Shown here piece by piece: positions 14,929-23,985 of a stretch of DNA of 24,000 nt. The position numbers and the translations under genes were made by a program. Origin of the DNA: Pelobacter propionicus DSM 2379 (GTDB lineage Bacteria; Desulfobacterota; Desulfuromonadia; Geobacterales; Pseudopelobacteraceae); the NCBI RefSeq assembly GCF_000015045.1, contig NC_008609.1, positions 1,209,344 through 1,233,343 on the forward strand. Reading direction: 5' to 3'. Positions within the stretch are counted from its first letter, which is position 1. Every line of letters starts with the position of its first letter. The notes under the pieces are model-generated. The model ran no database searches, was not told where the DNA came from, and saw only the letters and a list, made by a program, of their open reading frames with translations.

Positions 14929-17262
14929 TCAGCGCCGTTTCCTGCCCCCCGTGCGGACGGCCCCCTTTTTCGTCCGCTTTTGCCCCTCACGCCTGCCGGC
15001 CGCTGGGGAGGGTTTCGTTCCCTCGGCGTTCCTTTCGCGGCCCTGCCCCGGCAGGCGCTTGCCCCTGATGGGGGTGCGTGGGAATTCCCCGTCCCCTGCG
15101 GTCGTGAGTGGCATCTGGGGCGTGGATGATGCGTGCCCCACGAGCACGAACTCGATCCTCCTTGTTGCCGGGGAGACCGATGCCACCCGCACCCGCGCCC
15201 TGTCCCCGATGCGCAGCACCCGCCCCCGGTTGCGGCCGACCAGGGAATGGCGGTTTTCCACGAAGGTGTAGAGGTCGTCGTCCAGGGTGGAGACGTGCAC
15301 CAACCCCTCCACGAACAGTTCCTCCAGTTCCACGAAAAAGCCGAAGCCGGTCACGCCGGTGATGAATCCGTCGAATTCCTCACCCAGGTGCTGTTGCATG
15401 AACTGCGCCTTCTTCAGTTCCACGATGTCCCGTTCCGCCTCCATGGCCACCCGTTCGCGCTTACTGGTGTGCTCGCCGACCTCGGACAGGTTGTGGGTCG
15501 CCAGGGAGAGCCGCTTCTCGGCCTGTTTGCTCCCCCTGTTTTCGGCCAGGGCCAGGAGCGCTTTAAGGATGCGGTGCACCACCAGGTCGGGGTAGCGGCG
15601 GATGGGGGAGGTGAAGTGGCAGTAGCAGCGGGAGGCCAGTCCGAAGTGGTGCAGGTTCTCGGCCGCATAGCGGGCCTGCTTCATGCAACGCAAGAGGGCG
15701 TAGTTGATCATCCGCTCCTCGGGACGTCCTGCTGCACTCTCCAAAAGGCGTTGCAGGTCGGCCGGATTGACCCGCTCCTCCTTCAGGGGGAACTCGTAGC
15801 CGAAGCCGAAGGCGAACTCCTGGAAGTTGATCAGCTTGGCCGGGTCCGGGTTCTCGTGGATGCGGTAGAGCAGGGGGATGCCCTTTTCCGCAATGAACAG
15901 GGCCACCGCCTCGTTGGCCGCCAGCATGAACTCCTCGATCAGCTGGTGGGCCAGGGTGCGCTCCGCGCGCACGATCCCCTCGGTCAGGCCGGTCAGGCCG
16001 ATGATGACCTCCGATTCGGGCAGGTCGAAGTCGATGCTCCCCCGTTTGCGGCGCATCCCCATCAGGATCAGTGCCAGCTCCTTCATCTCCAGCAGCATGG
16101 GCGTCACCGTCCCCAGGCTGTCGGCCGTCTCCCGGTCTTGGTCCACGATGACCCGCTTCACCTGGGTGTAGGTCAGCCGGGCCGCGCTTGCGATGATGCC
16201 GGGGTAGAAGGACGATTCCAGCATGCTGCCATCCCTGTCGAAGAGCATCTCGGCGGTCATGGTCAGGCGCTCCACCCCCGGGTTGAGGGAACAGATGCCG
16301 TTGGAGAGCCGCTCCGGCAGCATGGGGATGCAGCGGTCGGGGAAGTAGACCGATGTGCCGCGCAGGTAGGCGTCGCGGTCCAGGGGGCTGTCCGGCCTGA
16401 CGTAATGGGACACGTCGGCGATGGAAACCCACAGCCGGAAATTGTCCCCCTCACGTCGCAGGGAGACGGCGTCGTCGAAATCGCGGGCCGTCTCGCCGTC
16501 GATGGTCACGGTGGCCAGTGGACGCAGATCCACCCGCCCGGCCAGCTCTTGTGCCGGCACGGTTTCGGGGATCGCCTCGGCCTCTGCCAGGGTGTCGGGG
16601 GCGAAGACGTGCGGCAGGTCGAAGCGTCGGATGGCCGACTGCACCTCCACCTCGGGGTCGTCGGGCCAGCCCAGCACCTCCACCACATTTCCCTCTGCCG
16701 GCCGGCCGCCCACGGGGTAGGAGGAGAGCTCCACCACCACCTGCTGGCCGTCCTGGGCCAGGCCGCGTCCCTTGGGCGGGATGGCGATGACCAGGTTGAG
16801 GCGGGTCTCTTCGGGGATGACGATGGCGCCGCGCCTGGTCTCCTCGTAGCGCCCCACCACGCGGCTCACCCCCCGCTCCACTACGCTGGTGATGCGCCCT
16901 TCGAACTTGCCCCCCCCCATGCGGCTTCGTTCTGCATGCACCTCCACGGTGTCGCCATGCATGGCGCCCCTCATGTGGCGCTGGGGGATGAAAATGTCCT
17001 CGCCCCCCCCCTGGGGGGTGACGAAGCCGTAGCCGTCCCGGTGGCTGGAGAGCTTTCCGCGGATGCTGGTTGCCGCGCTTGCCAGGGCATAGCTGTTGCC
17101 CCTGAATCTGACCAGTTCGCCGTCTTGGGCCATGTCATCCAGCATGCGTTTCAGTTCGTTCTTTACGTGGCGACCGCCGAACTGGCGCAGGATTCCGGCG
17201 AAGTGGATGGCTCCGTCCTGCTGCTTGAGAAAGGCGAGTATGTTTTTCTTGGAAATCTGCAT
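14929..17262 (-). CDS. rnr: ribonuclease R (3'-5' exoribonuclease)
   Basis: 777 codons from ATG 17262 (MQISKKNILAFLK...), with GGAAGGA RBS. It has cold-shock-like OB domains, an RNB domain with ARDFDDAVS, a C-terminal S1 domain (GEEFDGFITGVTGFGFFVEL) and a basic tail. The track's 1103-aa ORF is an upstream in-frame extension running antisense through the M23 gene. Confidence 0.92.
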   Translation of the reverse strand: MQISKKNILAFLKQQDGAIHFAGILRQFGGRHVKNELKRMLDDMAQDGELVRFRGNSYALASAATSIRGKLSSHRDGYGFVTPQGGGEDIFIPQRHMRGAMHGDTVEVHAERSRMGGGKFEGRITSVVERGVSRVVGRYEETRRGAIVIPEETRLNLVIAIPPKGRGLAQDGQQVVVELSSYPVGGRPAEGNVVEVLGWPDDPEVEVQSAIRRFDLPHVFAPDTLAEAEAIPETVPAQELAGRVDLRPLATVTIDGETARDFDDAVSLRREGDNFRLWVSIADVSHYVRPDSPLDRDAYLRGTSVYFPDRCIPMLPERLSNGICSLNPGVERLTMTAEMLFDRDGSMLESSFYPGIIASAARLTYTQVKRVIVDQDRETADSLGTVTPMLLEMKELALILMGMRRKRGSIDFDLPESEVIIGLTGLTEGIVRAERTLAHQLIEEFMLAANEAVALFIAEKGIPLLYRIHENPDPAKLINFQEFAFGFGYEFPLKEERVNPADLQRLLESAAGRPEERMINYALLRCMKQARYAAENLHHFGLASRCYCHFTSPIRRYPDLVVHRILKALLALAENRGSKQAEKRLSLATHNLSEVGEHTSKRERVAMEAERDIVELKKAQFMQQHLGEEFDGFITGVTGFGFFVELEELFVEGLVHVSTLDDDLYTFVENRHSLVGRNRGRVLRIGDRARVRVASVSPATRRIEFVLVGHASSTPQMPLTTAGDGEFPRTPIRGKRLPGQGRERNAEGTKPSPAAGRREGQKRTKKGAVRTGGRKRR

Positions 17263-17290
17263 GGATTCCTTCCGGGTAGCGCGTGTTCTG

Positions 17291-17319
17291 TTGTGCCGTT
17301 GTTCGGGGGATGATATGCT
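17291..17319 (+). promoter_or_regulatory. candidate sigma70 promoter for the M23 peptidase gene
   Basis: TTGTGC (17291-17296), a 17-nt spacer, then TATGCT (17314-17319). AGGA lies 6 nt before GTG 17365. Confidence 0.35.
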
Positions 17320-17352
17320 TTTCCGCCGCATATTGCGACCAATTTCATCCCC
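17306..17352. repeat. nested inverted repeats in the rnr / M23 divergent intergenic region
   Basis: Outer arms are GGGGATGA (17306-17313) and TCATCCCC (17345-17352). Inner arms are ATATGC (17313-17318) and GCATAT (17328-17333). GATATGC recurs at 17357-17363. Confidence 0.6.
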
Positions 17353-17364
17353 ACAGGATATGCC

Positions 17365-18171
17365 GTGAACCGTCTCTTCCGTTTCGAACCGGTCGTTCTG
17401 CTCTGCATGCTTTCCCTTGCACTCCCTGTCAGCCGGGTTGCCGCCCAGACCGACCCTGCTCTGCTGTCGGCCGCATCCGGGTCTGTCTCCCCCTCTTCGG
17501 TGGCGCTCCGCTTCAATGCCCTGAACAGCCTGATACGCGACGGGAACATCGCCAGGGAGGCTGCCCGGAATGAATTGCAGCGCTTGCTGCCGCAGATGCG
17601 GGCCGAGTACTACCGCAGGGGGGGAGTCGGCTACGGGAAGGATGCCTGGGTGTTCCCCCTGGCCGACCATGATGCCCGTGCCATCGGCAATGGTCGCGAC
17701 AGAGGCTATGCTGCGGCAGGGTACGACTATTTCCTGGGCAACCGCCATGGCGGGCACCCCTCCTTCGACATCTTCATCCACGACCGCAACCGGGATTGCC
17801 GGGATGACCGCAACGGGAAGCCGGTCAGGGTCCTGTCGCTCACCGGCGGAATCGTGGTGGCCCTGGAACAGGAGTGGCGGCAGGGGAGCCGGCTGCGGGG
17901 GGGCGTTTATCTCTGGGTGTATGACCCGGTCAACGATCTTCTGGTCTACTACGCCCACAACAGTGAACTGTCCGTGGGGCTGGGTGAAATCGTCCGGCCG
18001 GGAGATCAGCTTGCCATTGTGGGGCGCAGCGGGTACAATGCGGCAAAAATGCGCTCTCCCACCCATCTGCATTTGACGGTCCTGAAGCTTAAGGACGGTC
18101 GTCCGCTGCCGGTGGATGTGTACCGGGAGTTGGCAAGGGCCACAACCGGACGCAACTCCGGAACCGAGTGA
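17365..18171 (+). CDS. secreted M23 (LytM-type) metallopeptidase
   Basis: Signal peptide MNRLFRFEPVVLLCMLSLALPVSRVAAQ (GTG start). HxxxD motif (HPSFDIF) and HxH motif (PTHLHLTV), characteristic of peptidase M23. Confidence 0.8.
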   Translation: MNRLFRFEPVVLLCMLSLALPVSRVAAQTDPALLSAASGSVSPSSVALRFNALNSLIRDGNIAREAARNELQRLLPQMRAEYYRRGGVGYGKDAWVFPLADHDARAIGNGRDRGYAAAGYDYFLGNRHGGHPSFDIFIHDRNRDCRDDRNGKPVRVLSLTGGIVVALEQEWRQGSRLRGGVYLWVYDPVNDLLVYYAHNSELSVGLGEIVRPGDQLAIVGRSGYNAAKMRSPTHLHLTVLKLKDGRPLPVDVYRELARATTGRNSGTE

Positions 18172-18227
18172 CACATCAGGGTAAGCGCTATTTTTAAAGG
18201 ACAATTTCATCTTACGAGGAGTCATCT

Positions 18228-18380
18228 TTGGCAAAACCAAATTATCAATTCCAAAAACGACAGAAAGAACTGGAAAAACTCAAGAAGCAGGAAGAAAAGA
18301 AACAGCGCAAGCTGGAACGGGCCAAGGAGGAGAGCGACGAAAACCAGGAACAGGCCGACGACGGGGAGGAAGTCTCCTAG
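18228..18380 (+). CDS. small (50 codon) highly charged Lys/Glu-rich protein, function unknown
   Basis: Too short for the supplied track. AGGAG (18217-18221), a 6-nt spacer, then TTG 18228. Product is M(TTG)AKPNYQFQKRQKELEKLKKQEEKKQRKLERAKEESDENQEQADDGEEVS, ending at TAG 18378-18380. The frame opens only at 18198 and contains no ATG. A good intrinsic terminator follows. Confidence 0.5.
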   Translation: MAKPNYQFQKRQKELEKLKKQEEKKQRKLERAKEESDENQEQADDGEEVS

Positions 18381-18420
18381 GTCGGGTCGCTCTGCGGATA
18401 TTCCCGTTTTTCTGCTGTCT

Positions 18421-18455
18421 AGAGGCTGCTTCCGTCGTGGAGCAGTCTCTTTTTT
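18421..18455 (+). terminator. intrinsic terminator after the small ORF (ends the M23 / small-ORF transcript)
   Basis: AGAGGCTGCT-t-CC, loop gtcgt, GG-AGCAGTCTCT: a ~12-bp stem with one bulge and one G-U pair. The T-run TTTTTT at 18450-18455 starts with the last stem base (18450). Confidence 0.65.
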
Positions 18456-18534
18456 GTAACTCAGGATGGACGGATATGATCGTTAACGACATGTCGGTCG
18501 CGGGTTGACAATGGGGAGGCGCTGTGCTATCGCT
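18454..18534 (+). promoter_or_regulatory. bioBDA control region: two alternative promoter candidates and a weak BirA-box-like dyad
   Basis: Option A is TTGTAA (18454-18459), a 15-nt spacer, then TATGAT (18475-18480). Option B is TTGACA (18506-18511), a 17-nt spacer, then TG-n-TATCGC (18529-18534). Half-sites TGTAAC (18455-18460) and GTTAAC (18482-18487) loosely resemble BirA operator halves. Confidence 0.3.
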
Positions 18535-18557
18535 GGTCGCGGAGGGTAACCATCATT

Positions 18558-20272
<1,715 letters not shown>

Positions 20273-20314
20273 AGGGCTGCCAGGGAACGCTATTTTTGGG
20301 GGGATGCTGAAATA

Positions 20315-21592
20315 ATGACCGAGCAGGAACTTCTCGATTTCGACAGGGCGCACATTTGGCACCCCTATACCTCGGCCACAAAGGCTCTAACCTGTTATCC
20401 GGTGGAGCAGGCCGAGGGGGTGTATATCCAGCTGATGGATGGGCGGCGCCTGATCGACGGCATGTCCAGCTGGTGGTCCGCCATTCACGGCTACAACCAC
20501 CCGGTGATCAACGCCGCCATGACAGCCCAGATCGGGCGCATGTCCCACGTCATGTTCGGCGGGCTGACCCACGGGCCTGCTGTGGAGTTGGCAAAGCTCC
20601 TGGTCAGCATCGTCCCCGCCGGCCTTGAACATGTCTTTTTCAGCGACTCCGGCTCGGTAGCCGTGGAGGTGGCCATGAAGATGGCCCTCCAGTACTGGCA
20701 TTCCCGCTCATGCGTCACGAAGCGCTCGTTTGTTACCGTCCGAAACGGCTATCACGGCGACACCTGGCACGCCATGTCCGTATCCGACCCGGACAGCGGA
20801 ATGCACGCCATCTTCAACACTAACCTGGCGCAGCAGTTCTTTCTGCCTGCGCCGCGCTCAGGCTTCCACGACCCGTTCGATGAAACGGAAATCCAGCAGG
20901 TGGAGGCATTCTTAAGCCGGCACCATGAAAGCATTGCCGCCTTTATCCTCGAACCGATTGTGCAGGGCGCAGGCGGCATGCGCTTCTATCATCCCGGCTA
21001 CCTGAAGCGGGTACGCGAGCTGTGCACGAAATACCGCCTGCTGCTCATCGCCGACGAAATTGCGACCGGTTTCGGCCGCAGCGGAAAGCTGTTCGCCTGT
21101 GAGCATGCCGCCATTTCGCCGGATATTATCTGCGTGGGCAAGGCCTTGACGGGCGGTTACCTCTCCTTTGCCGCCACGCTCTGTACCCGGGACGTGGCCC
21201 ATACCATTTCCGACGGTTCGCCCGGCGTGTTCATGCACGGCCCGACGTTCATGGCCAATCCCCTGGCCTGCGCCACCGCCCTGGCCAGCACCCGGCTCCT
21301 CTTGAGCGGCAACTGGCAGGAACGGGTCCTGTGCATCGAGAAGACGTTGCAAGAACAGCTGCTGCCATTGCAACAGGCTGATGCGGTTGCCGACGTCCGC
21401 GTCCTGGGGGCCATCGGTGTGGTGGAGATGAAAGAGCCGGTACAGATGGAACGGATTCAGCAGCGCTTTGTGGATCAGGGGGTCTGGCTGCGGCCGTTCG
21501 GCAGGCTGGTCTATACCATGCCGCCCTTTATCATCTCCGATGACGAGCTGCACGCCCTCTGCAGGGGGATAACCAACGTAATCGCAGGATGA
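20315..21592 (+). CDS. bioA: adenosylmethionine-8-amino-7-oxononanoate aminotransferase
   Basis: Class-III aminotransferase. N-terminus [24 protein letters not shown], and the PLP-lysine context [11 protein letters not shown]. Confidence 0.93.
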   Translation: MTEQELLDFDRAHIWHPYTSATKALTCYPVEQAEGVYIQLMDGRRLIDGMSSWWSAIHGYNHPVINAAMTAQIGRMSHVMFGGLTHGPAVELAKLLVSIVPAGLEHVFFSDSGSVAVEVAMKMALQYWHSRSCVTKRSFVTVRNGYHGDTWHAMSVSDPDSGMHAIFNTNLAQQFFLPAPRSGFHDPFDETEIQQVEAFLSRHHESIAAFILEPIVQGAGGMRFYHPGYLKRVRELCTKYRLLLIADEIATGFGRSGKLFACEHAAISPDIICVGKALTGGYLSFAATLCTRDVAHTISDGSPGVFMHGPTFMANPLACATALASTRLLLSGNWQERVLCIEKTLQEQLLPLQQADAVADVRVLGAIGVVEMKEPVQMERIQQRFVDQGVWLRPFGRLVYTMPPFIISDDELHALCRGITNVIAG

Positions 21593-21720
21593 AACCCCGG
21601 CGTCCGGGCCGATCATTCTCCGAGAACCCCTTCTTTCGAGGCGTCCCCCCTTCCCGTGCGGCCCCAGCCCCCGTGCCCTGCTCATTCCCCCATTGCATTC
21701 ATGCCGCTGTTCAGTTCCTT

Positions 21721-21747
21721 GTAGAGACGCACTGTGCGCGTCTCTAC
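21721..21747. repeat. perfect 10-bp inverted repeat (hairpin) downstream of bioA
   Basis: GTAGAGACGC, loop actgtgc, GCGTCTCTAC. No adjacent T-run on either strand, so it is not a classical intrinsic terminator. Confidence 0.6.
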
Positions 21748-21820
21748 GCATCAGCTTTCACAACGAAAAGTGGAATCCAAAGGGGGTGTCGTGTCGATAC
21801 GCTGTCCGCCAGGGAGGACG

Positions 21821-21846
21821 TGCATTTTGCGGTTGCATTTGGCGGC
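21821..21846 (+). repeat. tandem 13-bp direct repeat upstream of the sigma54-regulator gene
   Basis: TGCATTTTGCGGT (21821-21833) and TGCATTTGGCGGC (21834-21846) match at 11/13 positions. They lie 22-47 nt upstream of a perfect TATAAT at 21868-21873. Confidence 0.55.
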
Positions 21847-21867
21847 GATTGGAGATTATATGACTTT

Positions 21868-21873
21868 TATAAT
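21868..21873 (+). promoter_or_regulatory. perfect -10 hexamer TATAAT, 21 nt upstream of the regulator start codon
   Basis: TATAAT is seen directly. There is no good -35 at 16-18 nt (GCGATT/CGATTG), so the promoter may need an activator or may not be real. Confidence 0.3.
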
Positions 21874-21893
21874 GTGCTGAACGGGATGACGAT

Positions 21894-23267
21894 ATGACGG
21901 ATGAAACACGCATACTGGTGGTTGACGACGATGATTCGGGACGCGAGGCGCTGGAGCTTTTGCTCAGGTCCGGCGGCTATACCGTCATGGGTGCCGCCAC
22001 CGGTGAGGAGGCCCTGGCCGCCCTGGAACGTGAGAGCTTCCACCTGTTGGTGCTGGACCTGTTCCTACCGGACACGAGCGGTATCGAAATCCTTCAGGTT
22101 ACGCGCCGCAAGTACCCAACCACGGAGGTGATCGTGGTGACCGGCTACGCCTCGGCCGAGACCGCGGTGAGCGCCATGAAAGAGGGGGCCTTCGACTATA
22201 TCACCAAGCCGGTCAACTTCGAGGAGTTGCGGATCGTCGTCAGGAAGGCCCTGGAGAAGCAGCAGCTGTTGTCGGAGAACGTGTATCTGCGCCGGCAGTT
22301 GGAGGAACGTTTCGAGTTCAGCAACATCATCGGCTCGTCACCGGCAATGAAGATTGTCTTCGAGCGCATGGCGCGCATCGTGAAGACCGACTCCACGGTG
22401 CTGATAACCGGAGAATCCGGGACAGGCAAGGAACTGGTGGCCAGGGCGCTGCACTTCAACGGTCCGCGCAAGCAGAAGGCGTTCATCGCCGTCAACTGCA
22501 GTGCCATTCCGGAAACGCTGATGGAGAGCGAACTGTTCGGCCATGTGCGCGGCTCGTTTACCGGCGCGGTCAAGGACAAACCCGGAAAGTTCGAGGCGGC
22601 CAACCACGGCACCATCTTCCTGGACGAGATCGGCACCATGCCCCAGCACCTGCAGACAAAGTTGCTGCGGGTGCTCCAGGAGCAGGAACTGCAGCGGGTC
22701 GGCTCCAACAGCTCCATAAAACTGGATGTGCGGGTCATATCGGCCACCAACCTGGACCTGGAGCAGCAGGTGCGCCAGGGGCTCTTCCGCGATGACCTGT
22801 TCTATCGCCTGAACGTGATTCCTCTGCACCTCCCGCCGCTGCGCGAGCGCAAGCAGGACATCCGGGCGCTGGTGGGGGCGTTTCTGGAGAAGTACTGTCG
22901 GCTCATGGGGCGGCCGTTGATGACCATCAGCAGGAAGGCGCTGGAGGCGCTGGAGCAGCACTCCTGGCCCGGGAACGTGCGTGAACTGGAGAATCTGGTG
23001 GAACGTCTGGTGGCTCTGACTGAAGGTGAGGTGATCCGGCTGGAGGACCTGCCGCCTGGAGTCTGTGGACAGGGGGCGCTGCCGGGTGCATTCTCCCTGG
23101 AGCTGACAGCCAGCGGCATGGATATGGTCGAAACCATCGCGCTGATCGAGCGCAAGTTGATTGGTCAGGCTTTGGAACTCTCCGGCGGGGTCAAGGCCAA
23201 GGCATCGCACTTGTTGGGGATCAACCGGACAACGCTGGTGGAGAAGATGAAACGGCTGAAGATGTGA
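21894..23267 (+). CDS. sigma54-dependent response regulator (NtrC family: REC + AAA+ + Fis-type HTH)
   Basis: REC domain (ILVVDDD...[13 protein letters not shown]). Walker [15 protein letters not shown]-type loop GSFTGA. Walker B IFLDEIG. C-terminal [23 protein letters not shown]. Confidence 0.9.
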   Translation: MTDETRILVVDDDDSGREALELLLRSGGYTVMGAATGEEALAALERESFHLLVLDLFLPDTSGIEILQVTRRKYPTTEVIVVTGYASAETAVSAMKEGAFDYITKPVNFEELRIVVRKALEKQQLLSENVYLRRQLEERFEFSNIIGSSPAMKIVFERMARIVKTDSTVLITGESGTGKELVARALHFNGPRKQKAFIAVNCSAIPETLMESELFGHVRGSFTGAVKDKPGKFEAANHGTIFLDEIGTMPQHLQTKLLRVLQEQELQRVGSNSSIKLDVRVISATNLDLEQQVRQGLFRDDLFYRLNVIPLHLPPLRERKQDIRALVGAFLEKYCRLMGRPLMTISRKALEALEQHSWPGNVRELENLVERLVALTEGEVIRLEDLPPGVCGQGALPGAFSLELTASGMDMVETIALIERKLIGQALELSGGVKAKASHLLGINRTTLVEKMKRLKM

Positions 23268-23282
23268 ACCGGAACCGGTTCA
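23265..23282. terminator. palindromic hairpin between the convergent regulator and thioesterase genes
   Basis: TGAACCGG-aa-CCGGTTCA (8-bp arms, including the regulator's TGA stop). No U-tract on either strand, so terminator function is uncertain. Confidence 0.3.
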
Positions 23283-23285
23283 GGA

Positions 23286-23738
23286 TCAGCTCTTCTGCTG
23301 TCGCTTGATGCGGAATGTGGCCCTGAAGGTGGCGACTCTGATTCCCTCCTCGGTGCTGAGCTCCACCTCCCCATCGATGTCCCGTTCCTTTTGTTCATGC
23401 ACCGAAGCCCTTGCAATGAGGACGCCCCAGCGCACCGGCGCGTGAAAGTCAAGCCCCATCCTGATGGTGGCGAAGTGGGTTCCCTTCGGCAGCAGGGTCT
23501 TGATGGCAATAGCCAGCGCCGTGTCCGCCAGTGCGACCACCGCCCCTCCATGCATCAGCCCCACACCCTGACAGAGGGCGGCCCGGAACGGCATGCTCAA
23601 AGCGGCCCGGCCATTGGAGGCTTCGTCGATCCGCATGCCCAGAAACTCTTCGAAGGGTGCCAGGGCAATCCACTCCGGCAGGGTGAAGGGGGGCGCGCAA
23701 TCTTTTGTCATCGGTTTCGCATAGCAGCTTTCGAACAT
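23286..23738 (-). CDS. PaaI/4HBT-type hotdog-fold acyl-CoA thioesterase
   Basis: 150 aa with GLMHGGAVVALADTA, typical of PaaI-family thioesterases. GAGG lies 7 nt before ATG 23738. ATG 23711 lacks an SD. Confidence 0.8.
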   Translation of the reverse strand: MFESCYAKPMTKDCAPPFTLPEWIALAPFEEFLGMRIDEASNGRAALSMPFRAALCQGVGLMHGGAVVALADTALAIAIKTLLPKGTHFATIRMGLDFHAPVRWGVLIARASVHEQKERDIDGEVELSTEEGIRVATFRATFRIKRQQKS

Positions 23739-23770
23739 GTGGGTACCTCGCTGGTGGGGTAAGGGAAAAG

Positions 23771-23806
23771 AAAAAAGGCATCAACCGCGTGGTTGATGCC
23801 TTTTTT
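23771..23806 (-). terminator. strong intrinsic terminator of the tRNA transcript (symmetric, bidirectional in form)
   Basis: GGCATCAACC-gcgt-GGTTGATGCC forms a perfect 10-bp stem. A6 flanks it on the left and T6 on the right, so the minus-strand RNA ends in UUUUUUCUUUU. Confidence 0.75.
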
Positions 23807-23811
23807 CTTTA

Positions 23812-23888
23812 TGGCGGGGTTGACGGGGCTCGAACCCGCGACTTCCAGCGTGACAGGCTGGCACTCTAACCAACTGAGCTACAACCCC
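23812..23888 (-). tRNA. tRNA-Asp: tRNA-Asp (anticodon GUC), CCA encoded
   Basis: The reverse complement folds by hand: acceptor GGGGTTG/CAACCCC, D arm GCTC..GAGT, anticodon arm CCAGC-CTGTCAC-GCTGG, T arm GCGGG-TTCGAGC-CCCGT, discriminator G plus CCA. Length 77 nt. Confidence 0.93.
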
Positions 23889-23909
23889 AACAACGACAGT
23901 GGTGCTAAA

Positions 23910-23985
23910 TGGTGGGCGAAACAGGGATCGAACCTGTGACATCCAGCTTGTAAGGCTGGCGCTCTCCCAGCTGAGCTATTCGCCC
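23910..23985 (-). tRNA. tRNA-Val: tRNA-Val (anticodon UAC), CCA encoded
   Basis: The reverse complement folds by hand: acceptor GGGCGAA/TTCGCCC, D arm GCTC..GAGC, anticodon arm CCAGC-CTTACAA-GCTGG, T arm ACAGG-TTCGATC-CCTGT, then A plus CCA. Length 76 nt. Confidence 0.93.

Noticed and set aside
15133-17313. 726-aa plus-strand ORF
   Set aside because: It is antisense to rnr. Its G/H/V/A/Q-rich composition has no recognisable domain, so it is a shadow ORF.
17263-18240. N-terminal 326-aa extension of the 1103-aa track ORF (14929..18240, minus)
   Set aside because: RNase R homology starts at MQISKK (ATG 17262, with SD). The extension runs antisense through the well-supported M23 peptidase gene and is Pro/Gly/Arg-rich with no motifs.
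20349-20362. TGGCAC motifs (for example 20349, 10655 and 20764 on the plus strand; 17695 and 18853 on the minus strand) as sigma54 -24 elements
   Set aside because: All lie inside coding sequences, and none has a TTGC/GC element at the required 10-nt GG-to-GC spacing.
21589-21897. 102-aa ORF bridging bioA and the sigma54 regulator with ATGA overlaps at both ends
   Set aside because: Its codon usage and third-position GC are clearly unlike neighbouring genes. It contains the hairpin and tandem repeats, and there is no SD. It is kept as a low-priority check under findings rather than called as a CDS.
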